The notes under the pieces: generated by a model
Database searches by the model: none
What the model was told of the DNA's origin: nothing
Seen by the model: the letters and a program-made list of their open reading frames with translations, nothing else
Origin: Candidatus Parcubacteria bacterium
GTDB taxonomy: Bacteria > Patescibacteriota > Minisyncoccia > UBA6257 > 2-01-FULL-56-20
Direction: 5' to 3'
DNA: 64,000 nt
Assembly (NCBI GenBank): GCA_003599135.1
Contig: QZIV01000007.1
Location: 3,944 to 67,943 of the forward strand
Position numbers and translations under genes: made by a program
Part shown: positions 37,168 through 46,961 of the stretch, piece after piece
Numbering within the stretch: position 1 is the first letter of the stretch
Layout of the letters: every line of letters begins with the position of its first letter

Positions 37168-37941
37168 ATGAGCGAACGACTGACAATCGCGGTTCTTGGG
37201 GGGCACGGCATGCTGGGAGCGGATCTCGTGAAATTTTTAGGAACGCGCTATTCAGTCACTCCGATTACGCGCGAGAATTACTCGGCTCACAAAGGTGGCG
37301 AATTCGACGTTTTTATAAACGCCAACGGAAACAGCAAACGCTTTTGGGCAAACCAGCATCCCTACGAAGACTTCCTTGCTTCGACGGTTTCTGCATATGA
37401 CAGCGTCGTTGATTTCAAGTTCAGAAAATATGTTTATATTTCCTCTATCGTCGTGTACGAAGACCCCTCCGGCCTTTCCGGGACGATCGAGGAACGCGAG
37501 ATCAATCCGTCGAATCTCCAGCCCTACGGATTCCATAAATACCTAAGCGAGTTGATTGTTCGGCACGCGGCGAAGGATTATCTGATACTGCGCTGTCCCA
37601 TCGTATTGGGAAGCTCTCTCAAAAAGGGAACTTTTTACGATATTCTGAATGGGAGGCCTTTATTCGTAACGCTTGACTCGAAACTACAACTCATCACCAC
37701 GAGAGCGGTTGCCGAGATTATCGCCGTGCTTCTCGAGCGTGGTACGTCGCGTGCCGTTTTTAATGTCGGCGGCCTCGGCACATTTCCTTTAAAAGAAGCG
37801 TCTCGCTACTTCGGGAGGCCGGTTGTCGTATCCGAGAATGCAGAAAAACAAATCTATGAAATGGACGTATCTAAAGTGCGGGCGATTTATCCTCTCAAAA
37901 AGTCCGAGGAGTATTTACAGGAATTTCTAAAGAGCACGTAG
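37168..37941 (+). CDS. Atypical short NAD-dependent epimerase/reductase, copy B
   Basis: LGGHGMLG, NANGNSKRFWAN, YISSIVVY, PYGFHK; paralog of 32889-33692. Confidence 0.8.
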   Translation: MSERLTIAVLGGHGMLGADLVKFLGTRYSVTPITRENYSAHKGGEFDVFINANGNSKRFWANQHPYEDFLASTVSAYDSVVDFKFRKYVYISSIVVYEDPSGLSGTIEEREINPSNLQPYGFHKYLSELIVRHAAKDYLILRCPIVLGSSLKKGTFYDILNGRPLFVTLDSKLQLITTRAVAEIIAVLLERGTSRAVFNVGGLGTFPLKEASRYFGRPVVVSENAEKQIYEMDVSKVRAIYPLKKSEEYLQEFLKST

Positions 37942-38080
37942 CACACCAATTTTTTTATGGATTTCCATTCGGGCGTCTCTCTTTGATCTAACGACGCACT
38001 TACGGGCGAACAACCGTCAACACCTGGTTACAGCGGGAGACATGCACAAAAAAGTTTTTGACATCGTAGCGCGGTGATTG

Positions 38081-38109
38081 TTGACACTCTTTGTCCTCGG
38101 TCATAGAAT
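38081..38109 (+). promoter_or_regulatory. sigma70 promoter (leaderless) for rfbB
   Basis: TTGACA-17-TAGAAT, 7 nt before ATG 38117. Confidence 0.7.
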
Positions 38110-38116
38110 ATCCATT

Positions 38117-39172
38117 ATGTCAAAATCAAAAACGATACTCATCACAGGTGGTGCTGGGTTCATCGGCTCGAACACGCTACTGCATCTCTTCGGCAAGTAT
38201 CCGGATTATCGCTACATCATCTTAGATGCCCTCACCTATGCGGGCGACATGCGGAGCATCCCGGCGCATATTCAAAAATCTCCGAATTTCACTTTTGTCC
38301 ACGGGGATGTACGGGACAGCAAGGTGGTAAGTGACTGTGTTTCGCGGGCGGACACGGTAATCCATTTTGCCGCAGAAACGCATGTTGCCCGCTCAATCTC
38401 CGACAACACGAACTTTTTCGAAACCGACGTGATCGGCACCCAGCGAGTGGCGAACGCGGTGTCAAACAATCGAGACAGAATCGACCGGTTCATTCATATT
38501 TCCACAAGTGAAGTGTATGGTACGGCGCGGAGCGAGTTGATAGACGAGAATCACCCCCTAAATCCCCAGAGCCCTTACGCGGCGGCAAAAACAGGCGCCG
38601 ACCGCTTGGTGTACGCGTACCACGCCTGCTACAAAATCCCGGCAGTTATCATCCGTCCATTCAATATGTATGGGCCGCGCCAGCATCCGGAGAAAGCAAT
38701 CCCGCGCTTCATCACGAGCTGTGTCTTAGGAGAACCGTTGACAATTCACGGAACGGGTCAGAGTCAGCGGGATTACACGTACGTTGAAGATTTAGTCCAA
38801 GCGATCGATCTTGTTTTGCATGCCCCAAAAAACGCGGTTATCGGCGAAGTTTTCAACGTCGGAAGCGGCAAAAGTTACGCAGTACGGGATATCGCCAATT
38901 TGATTCTTGAGATGATGCGTGCGGGCAGCCCCCAGAACCCGAGTTTGCCTCCCATGGTGAATACAAGCGACAGGCCCGGCCAGGTGCTCCGGCACGCCGC
39001 GGATGTTAAAAAAATTCAAAACGTTTTAGGCTGGCGACCGACAACGGATTTTGCAGATGGCATGAAGAAAACCATAGAATGGTACAAGGAAAATCAGGAT
39101 TGGTGGAAAGACAAATTGCACATGCGGCACGTTCCCATCGAAGTCGAAAGAGGACGAGTTGAACTGCATTAG
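38117..39172 (+). CDS. rfbB: dTDP-glucose 4,6-dehydratase-like
   Basis: TGGAGFIGS, DALTYAG, HFAAETHV, SPYAAAK, QHPEKAIP, DRPG; ISTSEVYG in place of canonical ISTDEVYG. Confidence 0.8.
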   Translation: MSKSKTILITGGAGFIGSNTLLHLFGKYPDYRYIILDALTYAGDMRSIPAHIQKSPNFTFVHGDVRDSKVVSDCVSRADTVIHFAAETHVARSISDNTNFFETDVIGTQRVANAVSNNRDRIDRFIHISTSEVYGTARSELIDENHPLNPQSPYAAAKTGADRLVYAYHACYKIPAVIIRPFNMYGPRQHPEKAIPRFITSCVLGEPLTIHGTGQSQRDYTYVEDLVQAIDLVLHAPKNAVIGEVFNVGSGKSYAVRDIANLILEMMRAGSPQNPSLPPMVNTSDRPGQVLRHAADVKKIQNVLGWRPTTDFADGMKKTIEWYKENQDWWKDKLHMRHVPIEVERGRVELH

Positions 39173-39176
39173 GTGG

Positions 39177-40064
39177 ATGAATGGAAAGCCTCTTGTGTCT
39201 ATCATCACCCCGGCTTATAACGCCGGGGCTTATCTAGGCGACACCATACGAAGTGTTCTTGCGCAGACGTACTCGAGCTTTGAGCACATCGTTGTTGACG
39301 ACGGCTCGACTGACGACACCGCAAAAGTCGTTCGTGCAATTTCAGATCCTCGTATAAAATATCTCTATCAGAAGAACAGCGGGCAGTCCAGTGCTCGCAA
39401 TGCCGGCATCGCGGCGGCGAAGGGCAAGTATATCGCTTTTCTTGACGCTGACGACCTATTTCTACCAGGGAAGCTTTCTGAGCAGGTGAATTATCTGGAA
39501 ACGAACCCGAACTGCGATTTCTGTTATTGCAAGATATATCATTTTTTCCACGACGAGCCGGATAGGCTTTATTATCTCAAAATGGAACATCCCTCAGGAT
39601 ATCTTTTCGGCAGACTGCTCATGACAAACTTTATCAATCCTCTGAGCGCGGTAGTGCGCAGAGACATTTTCGAAAAACATGGCGCTTTCGAACCTTCGTA
39701 TCGATGGGCCGATGAGCAATATGTATGGCTGAAATTGTCGTATCGAAAGGTGAGATTTTGCTACATAGACAAAGTGCTTGCGTACTATCGGCTTCATCGC
39801 CAAAGTTTCACCAATCGGCCGAGATATTTCCTAGAATCCCAGAAAGAGTGCTTACAAATCCTCAAGGTCGTCAAGACATGGATGAGCGAAGCAGAAGTGG
39901 AAGAATATCAGATAAACAAGCTGGAACGAAAACGAAGAATACGCATAGTGCTTGGGATGTTGATGGCGAGCGGGAACCTATTGACACGGCCTCTACTTGC
40001 CCTGTACCTGCTGAACCGAAGAAGAAAACTAAAATACGTTGGGAACGGAACAAGCACAACATGA
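39177..40064 (+). CDS. Glycosyltransferase family 2
   Basis: TPAYNA, VDDGSTD, ARNAGI, FLDADD. Confidence 0.92.
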   Translation: MNGKPLVSIITPAYNAGAYLGDTIRSVLAQTYSSFEHIVVDDGSTDDTAKVVRAISDPRIKYLYQKNSGQSSARNAGIAAAKGKYIAFLDADDLFLPGKLSEQVNYLETNPNCDFCYCKIYHFFHDEPDRLYYLKMEHPSGYLFGRLLMTNFINPLSAVVRRDIFEKHGAFEPSYRWADEQYVWLKLSYRKVRFCYIDKVLAYYRLHRQSFTNRPRYFLESQKECLQILKVVKTWMSEAEVEEYQINKLERKRRIRIVLGMLMASGNLLTRPLLALYLLNRRRKLKYVGNGTSTT

Positions 40065-41068
40065 AAGTTCTGTGGCAAATTAACTACGAGACGGGTTTGG
40101 GTGCTGATCGCTGGATTGTGAGCGGTTATAAAGCCGCGTTTGAAGATCTTGGGCACGCGTTTTTCTTCTGGCAGAGCCACGAAGATTTGGACGAGAGACT
40201 TCGCGAGGTCAAGCCGGATATATTGGTGATTTCTCAACGGAGTATCAGGTACAAAGTCCTTCCCGTGTTGAAAACGGCCCGCGCAGACGGTACGAAAGTA
40301 TTCATTTGGGTTGATTCTCTCTTTTACCAGGAACCCGAAGCCGCCGACATTCTCACGCACGACGATCCCGGAGACGTGTACCATGGCGAAACCGAAGAGC
40401 CTTGGATGGAACGATTCCGGAAAGAGACCGGGAAACGGTATACGGTTACGCCAAACGCCGCCAATCATCGTCTCCACTTTCCGACAAAACCAGTAAAGAA
40501 GTATGAATGCGACATCGCATTCCTGGGAGCGAACTTGCCCTCGAAGCAAGAAGCCTTCAAAACACTCCTCTTCCCGCTCGTGAAGAGACATCGCGTGAGG
40601 ATCTACGGACCGGGCTGGACCTTTTCCGATCACGTTCTGCGGTCACTCGCGGGGATATGCCGGAAGGCGGGATGGATGAAGGGAAACGACTGGCTCAGCC
40701 GGAAACGCATCAGCGTCCCGCCGGAAGAGGAAAACCAGCTCTATTCGTCGGCGAAAGTGGCGATCAATTTCCATGAGCGAGGGGAAACACTGAAAACGCA
40801 CGTCATTTTGAACGAACGGACGTTCAAAATACCTGCGTGCGGAGGATTTGAGATTTGCGATTTCGTACCACCGCTCCGGAAATACTTCACGGAAGACGAA
40901 ATGGTTATGGCGGAAGACGACGGAGACTGGTTTGAAAAAATCGATTATTATTTACATCACGAAAACGAGAGAAAGAAAATTCAAGCCGCAGGAACAGCGA
41001 GAGCCAGACGGGACCATACCTATCTGAATCGAGCAGAACAGATGCTCAAATGCCTCAATCTCAAGTAA
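40061..41068 (+). CDS. CgeB/Glyco_trans_1_2-family glycosyltransferase
   Basis: DIAFLGA, YSSAKVAIN, NERTFKIPACGGF, HTYLNR; ATGA coupling. Confidence 0.88.
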   Translation: MKVLWQINYETGLGADRWIVSGYKAAFEDLGHAFFFWQSHEDLDERLREVKPDILVISQRSIRYKVLPVLKTARADGTKVFIWVDSLFYQEPEAADILTHDDPGDVYHGETEEPWMERFRKETGKRYTVTPNAANHRLHFPTKPVKKYECDIAFLGANLPSKQEAFKTLLFPLVKRHRVRIYGPGWTFSDHVLRSLAGICRKAGWMKGNDWLSRKRISVPPEEENQLYSSAKVAINFHERGETLKTHVILNERTFKIPACGGFEICDFVPPLRKYFTEDEMVMAEDDGDWFEKIDYYLHHENERKKIQAAGTARARRDHTYLNRAEQMLKCLNLK

Positions 41069-42537
41069 TTCAGCGCGAAAGTCGCACCGAAGTGACGGGT
41101 AATTTTTTCTACCGCGCTGCCTCTTTTTTGTTTTTACTCGCGATCGTATCGCTTGTGTGGCGGAGAAATCACTTCGTGAACTTCGGAGAATACACGCCTA
41201 CGGTAAAATTCACTGAAGTCTCCGCCTTTTTGGCACTCATTGCCGTGGTTCTCGCGTTGATTTTTTCTAAATCTTTGCGCCGGAACGAGGCGCGGAACGC
41301 CCTGCTTGCGTACTGGGGTAAATACTTTCTTCTCTTTTCCGTTTTTCTCGCCGTAGGATCGTTCTGGACTCTTTTGTTTTTGCATCGGGGCCTCGAAAGC
41401 ATCGATGTACTGCAGTACGGGCGGATATTCTTCGGTATGACGTTGTTCTTCCTCGCTCTTTTCCTTGGGTTTGGCAGGCCGTCGTACGCAAGACTCCTCG
41501 TGCTCTCTTTTTTGTCTGCGATCGCACTTCTTCCGGTTCTTTTTCTTTCTGAAGATGTCGTTGTGCGGAACTATCTGATCGTTTCTCCCAGTAGCTACAC
41601 GTTACTCGCGTCGCAACCGGGCACAATCGTTCTTGGATCATTTCTGATTTTCCCGGCTGTAATCCTTTTTTCACTTTTCGTGGCGGGAAAGGGTTTCAAA
41701 AAAGTCGTTTCTTACGTTGGCGCTATGTTACTGATGAGTCTGGTGCTTTGGACCGGCTCTCGCGCCGCTTGGCTGGGGACACTCTTCGGTTGTTTTGTTG
41801 TTGTGGGCGTTTATGCGTATTGGAAAAAGTCCCAAAAGGAAGTGTGGATATATTCGCTCGCCGTGATTCTCATGCTCATTTGCTCGTTCCTTATACTTCC
41901 GCGCCTTGCTCGCAATACTGTCCTCGTGAGGGTTTTCCCTGACTTGAGGGTTGACGTCCAGCTCGATAGAAAAGTTCTGGAAAAAATAGCGGCGTCGCCC
42001 GACGAGCTTACTTTGGATCGTATCGCTTTCCTCTGGCTTCGGTTGCCTACGCGGTACTATTTCACGGCACACCGGCCGAAACCCGAGCTTGGTTTTTACG
42101 ATGGGAGAGGGCAGATTTGGATCGAGCATGCGAAAGAAGCTGCCCTGAATCCGTTAGGCTTGGGACCTGCATATGCTGATGTGCTCTCGAGCGAGAAACC
42201 CGCTGGTTTTTCTGAAACATTAAGCTATGCGAGATCGGCGAACGCGCATAATCTGTGGTTGCAGGTTCTTTTGAGCGCCGGAGTCGGCGGGCTGGCAGTT
42301 TTTCTTTTCATGACGGTTGATATATTGCGGAAACTTTTCGTCCTCGTGAAGTCGAATTATGCCACAATAACCCTATGGCTCGCGGGTGGGGTCGTCGGCA
42401 TTTTGATTAATCTGTTCTTTATCGACGGCCTCGAACTTCGCTGGTTGTGGGTACTTTTTGCTCTGGTTGTCCTCGTGCATGAAAACTTCCTCCGTTTTCG
42501 CGGTCAAGGCGCGCAAGAGAGCATTTCTTCCGTATGA
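41050..42537 (+). CDS. O-antigen ligase/polymerase-like membrane protein (Wzy_C)
   Basis: Multi-TM; WTGSRAAWLG, GRGQIW, NPLGLG, AHNLWLQVLLSAGVGG. Confidence 0.85.
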   Translation: MPQSQVIQRESRTEVTGNFFYRAASFLFLLAIVSLVWRRNHFVNFGEYTPTVKFTEVSAFLALIAVVLALIFSKSLRRNEARNALLAYWGKYFLLFSVFLAVGSFWTLLFLHRGLESIDVLQYGRIFFGMTLFFLALFLGFGRPSYARLLVLSFLSAIALLPVLFLSEDVVVRNYLIVSPSSYTLLASQPGTIVLGSFLIFPAVILFSLFVAGKGFKKVVSYVGAMLLMSLVLWTGSRAAWLGTLFGCFVVVGVYAYWKKSQKEVWIYSLAVILMLICSFLILPRLARNTVLVRVFPDLRVDVQLDRKVLEKIAASPDELTLDRIAFLWLRLPTRYYFTAHRPKPELGFYDGRGQIWIEHAKEAALNPLGLGPAYADVLSSEKPAGFSETLSYARSANAHNLWLQVLLSAGVGGLAVFLFMTVDILRKLFVLVKSNYATITLWLAGGVVGILINLFFIDGLELRWLWVLFALVVLVHENFLRFRGQGAQESISSV

Positions 42538-43577
42538 AAGTTTTTTACGCCGGATTGCGCTACAACTACTATGACTCGAAACGCGGGGTAAGCTTCGAAC
42601 ATGAAAATTTCTATGAGAGTTTACACGCCTTCCCCGGCGCGGAAGTGAGATACTTTCCTTTCGAGCGGATTCTCGAAGTGGGCAAAACAAGATTTAACGA
42701 GGAGATCCTCGAGGCTGCGAAAAAAGAGAGGCCGGATATCCTTTTCGTATTCACATACTCCGATGAGTTCGACTTTACAATCCTCGACGAAATTCGGAAA
42801 TACACAATAAGTGTTGCGTGGTTCGCCGATGACAGCTGGCGCTTCCACAACTACTCGAAGTTCTTAGCTCCGCATTTCAGCTGGGCGGTGACAACGTACT
42901 CTTGGATGCCGGAACTTTACAGGCGAGCCGGACAAAAAAACGTCGTCAGATCCCAGTGGGCCGCGAGCACGAACATTTACAAACGCGACGAGAAAGATGG
43001 CGGAGAAGAGGTGTTGTTCATAGGCGGCTGGACAAAGGGTCGAGAAAAAATAGTAGAAAAACTAAAAGCGTCGAATATCTCTGTTGCGGTGTACGGTCAA
43101 GGATGGAGCACGAGGCGTGTGAGCAGGGAAGAGATGATCAGGCTTTTTTCTACGAGCAATATCAATTTGGGTCTTAACCCTCCGCCGGGATACTGGGCGA
43201 TAAATTCTCTCGGCCGCCTGTTTTCCCGAGCGTCAATCGACAGAATCGTTCCGGACTTCCACATCGTGCGTAACATCCAATCATGGCTGTCGAGAGGCAT
43301 TCCCCAAATTAAGGCACGCCACTTTGAGATTCCAGCCTGTGGCGGTTTCTTGATGACCGAAATGGCTGACGATCTTGATTCTTTCTACGTGCCTGGCAAA
43401 GAAATCGTGATTTATAAAGGAATGGATGACATGATCAAAAAAATCCGTTATTATCTAACGCACGATGCGGAAAGGAGTGAAATCGCGGAGCGCGGATACA
43501 AACGAACACTCCGTGATCATACCTATGAAAAGCGTTTTCGAGAAATTTTTCGTACCGTCGGTGTCTTGCGAGAGTGA
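42534..43577 (+). CDS. CgeB/Glyco_trans_1_2-family glycosyltransferase
   Basis: WFADDSWRF, SQWAA, QIKARHFEIPACGGF, DHTYEKR. Confidence 0.88.
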   Translation: MKVFYAGLRYNYYDSKRGVSFEHENFYESLHAFPGAEVRYFPFERILEVGKTRFNEEILEAAKKERPDILFVFTYSDEFDFTILDEIRKYTISVAWFADDSWRFHNYSKFLAPHFSWAVTTYSWMPELYRRAGQKNVVRSQWAASTNIYKRDEKDGGEEVLFIGGWTKGREKIVEKLKASNISVAVYGQGWSTRRVSREEMIRLFSTSNINLGLNPPPGYWAINSLGRLFSRASIDRIVPDFHIVRNIQSWLSRGIPQIKARHFEIPACGGFLMTEMADDLDSFYVPGKEIVIYKGMDDMIKKIRYYLTHDAERSEIAERGYKRTLRDHTYEKRFREIFRTVGVLRE

Positions 43578-43609
43578 CCGATTTTGCCCCCGAGGCTTCC
43601 TAACATAAC

Positions 43610-44716
43610 GTGGACAGAATACTCATCACCGGCGGAGCCGGCTTCATCGGGAGCCACACCGCGGACGCGCTCGCTACAAGGGGATACCGCATCCGTATTT
43701 TGGATAACCTTGCACCTCCGGTACACACTGGAAAATGGCCCAAATACGTTTTGGGCAAAGGATACGAACTTCTGAGGGGTGATGTGAGGAAAAAGGGATC
43801 TTGGAGGCGGGCGTTGCGAGGAGTTTCGTTCGTGTATCACCTTGCGGCGTACCAGGATCAGCGACTGGATTTCAGCACGTTTTTCGAGACGAATACGGTA
43901 AGTACAGCAATACTTTACGAGCTTATCGTCGGCGAAAGATTGCCGGTGCGGAAAGTAATTTTGGCAAGCTCCCAGTTTGTCTACGGCGATGGGGAGTATC
44001 GATGTGCTCACTCGCGAGGCACAACATTCTATCCGGAATTGAGGTCGCTCGGGCAGTTGAAAAACAAACAATGGAATATTCTTTGTCCTCACGGGAAAAA
44101 AGCAAGAAACATTCCGTTCCGAGAAGATCAGCGGGTTCTGCCTACAAACTCTTACGGTCTATCAAAGTTTGCCCTCGAGAATGCCGGTTTGAGACTCGGT
44201 AAGACGTACAACATACCCACCGTTGCCTTGCGATACTCGATCGTTCAGGGTCCCCGTCAATCCCCTCGAAATCTTTATTCGGGAGCACTGCGGATTTTCG
44301 TGAGCCAGGCTGTGGCCGGAGTTCCGATTACTGTTTACGAAGATGGGCACGCGACGCGCGATTTTGTGAACATCGACGATGTTGTCAAAGCGAATTTGGC
44401 TGTCCTCAAAAACTCGAAAGCCGACTTTCAAATCTTTAATGTCGGAGGAGGCAGAGCATACGATGTGCTCGATTTTGCGAGAGAGGTAAAAGAAATTACA
44501 GGATCCCCTTCTGAAATTATTGTAGGAGGATTCCGTCGAACGGATACTCGCCACGCGGTTTCAGATATTTCGAAATTAAAAAAACTCGGTTGGAGGCCGC
44601 GCTTTGATACGGAGCGATCGATTAAAACCTACGCGAAGTGGTTTCTCAAAGAGGGATTCGAAAAAACCTTAGATCGAAAAAACCTGCTCGGTCTAAGAAA
44701 AGGGATTCCTCGGTAA
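43610..44716 (+). CDS. NAD-dependent NDP-sugar epimerase/dehydratase with Cys/His insert
   Basis: TGGAGFIGSH, ASSQFVYGDG, YGLSK, GPRQS, RDFVNIDD. Confidence 0.88.
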   Translation: MDRILITGGAGFIGSHTADALATRGYRIRILDNLAPPVHTGKWPKYVLGKGYELLRGDVRKKGSWRRALRGVSFVYHLAAYQDQRLDFSTFFETNTVSTAILYELIVGERLPVRKVILASSQFVYGDGEYRCAHSRGTTFYPELRSLGQLKNKQWNILCPHGKKARNIPFREDQRVLPTNSYGLSKFALENAGLRLGKTYNIPTVALRYSIVQGPRQSPRNLYSGALRIFVSQAVAGVPITVYEDGHATRDFVNIDDVVKANLAVLKNSKADFQIFNVGGGRAYDVLDFAREVKEITGSPSEIIVGGFRRTDTRHAVSDISKLKKLGWRPRFDTERSIKTYAKWFLKEGFEKTLDRKNLLGLRKGIPR

Positions 44717-44721
44717 TTTTG

Positions 44722-44750
44722 TTGACAATACCCTTCGCTCGTTTTACGCT
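44722..44750 (+). promoter_or_regulatory. sigma70 promoter (leaderless) for heptose operon
   Basis: TTGACA-17-TACGCT, 6 nt before ATG 44757. Confidence 0.65.
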
Positions 44751-44756
44751 TCTTGC

Positions 44757-45779
44757 ATGATCGTTGTCCGCGCACCAATGCGCATCAGTTTCGTGGGAGG
44801 CGGCACCGACCTCCCCGATTTTTACCGTCGTTCTCCGGGACGGGTGATTTCCACCGCGATCGACAAGTTTGTCTACGTAGTCATCAATCGGACCCCGCTC
44901 TTGGATCAAGTTTCTGCGCGGTACTCCGTGTCGGAAACCGTTCCCCACGCGAAAGATTTGAAACATACGCGAATCAAAGCGGCGCTTCTCGATCTTGGAA
45001 TCGAAAAGGGTATCGAGATCGCGTCATTCGCAACGCTCCCTTCGAAAACGGGCCTCGGATCTTCTTCGAGTTTTTCCGTAGCCCTCATGAAGGGGCTACA
45101 CGCGTACCTGGGGCGGAAACTCGACAAAGGAGAGACAGCGGAGGCCGCGAGCCGCCTTGAAATAGAGCTCGTCGGAGAGCCGATAGGCAAACAGGATCAA
45201 TACGCCGCCTCGTTCGGAGGATTGAACGTAATCCAGTTCAACTCGGATGAGTCAGTCGATGTCGATCCGGTGCTTATGGATTACAAGCTGCGCCTCGCCC
45301 TCGAAAACCATCTCCTTGTATTCTTTACCGGCGTGACCCGCGCGGCTTCGAGCGTTCTTACCGAGCAGAAATCGAATATAGATAAGAAATTCGACACGCT
45401 CCGCGAGATGGCGGACACGGTAGAGGAGTTTAGGGATCGCCTGCTCCGGGGCGACTTTAAGGGGCTTGGGGAGGTACTCCATAAAGCCTGGCTCAAGAAA
45501 AAAACACTCGCCTCGAACGTTTCGAATCCGGTGATTGATGAACTCTATGAAACGGGGATAAGTCACGGTGCGTGGGGCGGTAAGATTTTAGGGGCGGGAA
45601 GCGGCGGTTGTATAATGTTCCTTGTACCTCCGGAGAAACACGCCGAAATTAGGAAAACAATTCAAGCCGTCGCAAAGAAGCACAACCTGACAGATTTTCG
45701 GGAAATCCCGATTAAGTTTGTACAATCCGGCGCCGAAGTTCTTTTCAATGGCGACCATTTTCATAGGCTAAGCATGTAA
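44757..45779 (+). CDS. hddA: D-glycero-alpha-D-manno-heptose 7-phosphate kinase (GHMP)
   Basis: RAPMRISFVGGGTD, GLGSSS, GKQDQYAA, GGKILGAGSGG. Confidence 0.92.
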   Translation: MIVVRAPMRISFVGGGTDLPDFYRRSPGRVISTAIDKFVYVVINRTPLLDQVSARYSVSETVPHAKDLKHTRIKAALLDLGIEKGIEIASFATLPSKTGLGSSSSFSVALMKGLHAYLGRKLDKGETAEAASRLEIELVGEPIGKQDQYAASFGGLNVIQFNSDESVDVDPVLMDYKLRLALENHLLVFFTGVTRAASSVLTEQKSNIDKKFDTLREMADTVEEFRDRLLRGDFKGLGEVLHKAWLKKKTLASNVSNPVIDELYETGISHGAWGGKILGAGSGGCIMFLVPPEKHAEIRKTIQAVAKKHNLTDFREIPIKFVQSGAEVLFNGDHFHRLSM

Positions 45780-45785
45780 AAAAGA

Positions 45786-46394
45786 ATGGAAGAGTTCATC
45801 AAAAGTTTTGCCGATAAAGTGAGAGCGTCTCTCGAAAATCTCCCCTCGAAGGAGATTGCAAAAGCCCTAAACATTCTTCAAGCCGTCTATGAGCGCGACG
45901 GAAGGATCTACGTTTTCGGGAATGGCGGGTCGCTCGCAATTGCAACCCACTGGGTGAGTGATTTCAATAAAACTGTTTTCAGCCACCACCTCGACAAACC
46001 CGCGCGCCGGTTTCAGGCAATCCGACTTCCGACGACCGAGGCGGAACTCACTGCATGGGCAAACGATGTCGGATTCGATATGGTCTTTGTCGGCCCACTC
46101 AAGAATTATCTTCAGGACTCCGATGTCGTTGTTGGAATCTCAAGTTCCGGCAACTCTCCGAATGTTGTGAAAGCAGTTGAGTTTGCGAAAGAGCACAAAG
46201 TCCCCGTGATCGGCCTCTCGGGATTCGACGGAGGGAAACTGAACGATCTTGCGGACGCAAAGATCCTTGTCCCCACCCCGAAAGACGAGTACGAACTTGT
46301 AGAAGTGGTTCACACGGCCATTTTTCACCTTATGACGGTATATTTTAAGGATTATTTCGATCATCTCGTTGAGCGCGAAGCGGCTCAAAAATAG
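45786..46394 (+). CDS. gmhA: Phosphoheptose isomerase
   Basis: FGNGGS, TAWANDVGFD, ISSSGNSPNV, GFDGGKL. Confidence 0.9.
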   Translation: MEEFIKSFADKVRASLENLPSKEIAKALNILQAVYERDGRIYVFGNGGSLAIATHWVSDFNKTVFSHHLDKPARRFQAIRLPTTEAELTAWANDVGFDMVFVGPLKNYLQDSDVVVGISSSGNSPNVVKAVEFAKEHKVPVIGLSGFDGGKLNDLADAKILVPTPKDEYELVEVVHTAIFHLMTVYFKDYFDHLVEREAAQK

Positions 46395-46397
46395 CGC

Positions 46398-46961
46398 ATG
46401 AGGAGAGCGGTGTTTTTGGATCGGGATGGAGTCATCAACCGCGAGGTTGATGTCCTCCGGAGCGTAAAACAACTCCGCCTTCTTCCGAGGGTCGCCGAAG
46501 CGATCCAGAGACTGAACGAAGCCGGCTTTCTCGTCGTTATCGTAACCAATCAGCCCGTTGTTGCCCGAGGATGGCTTACCGAAAAAGAGGTTGATGGGAT
46601 CCACGAGATTCTCCTCCGAAGGCTCCAGGGGAAGGGCGCGAGAGTCGATGCTGTCTACTATTGTCCGCATCACCCGAACGCAAATCTCAAACGGTACCGC
46701 AGGAAGTGCAGCTGCCGGAAGCCGAATCCCGGACTTTTTATAAAGGCGGCAAAGAAGTTCAAGATAGGCCTTAAGAAAAGTTTCTCCGTGGGTGATATGA
46801 TGTGGGATATTTTGGCGGGAAAGCGTGCGGGGACCACGACTATTCTTGTGGAAACCGGGTATGGAGGAAAAGATAAGAAGCTCGCAATCGAAGTGAGTCC
46901 GGACTATACTGCGAAAAACCTCTACGAAGCGGTTCGAATCATTAAGCGCTATGCAAAATAA
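46398..46961 (+). CDS. gmhB: Heptose 1,7-bisphosphate phosphatase
   Basis: FLDRDGVIN, VTNQ, CPHHP...CSCRKP, VGD. Confidence 0.93.
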   Translation: MRRAVFLDRDGVINREVDVLRSVKQLRLLPRVAEAIQRLNEAGFLVVIVTNQPVVARGWLTEKEVDGIHEILLRRLQGKGARVDAVYYCPHHPNANLKRYRRKCSCRKPNPGLFIKAAKKFKIGLKKSFSVGDMMWDILAGKRAGTTTILVETGYGGKDKKLAIEVSPDYTAKNLYEAVRIIKRYAK

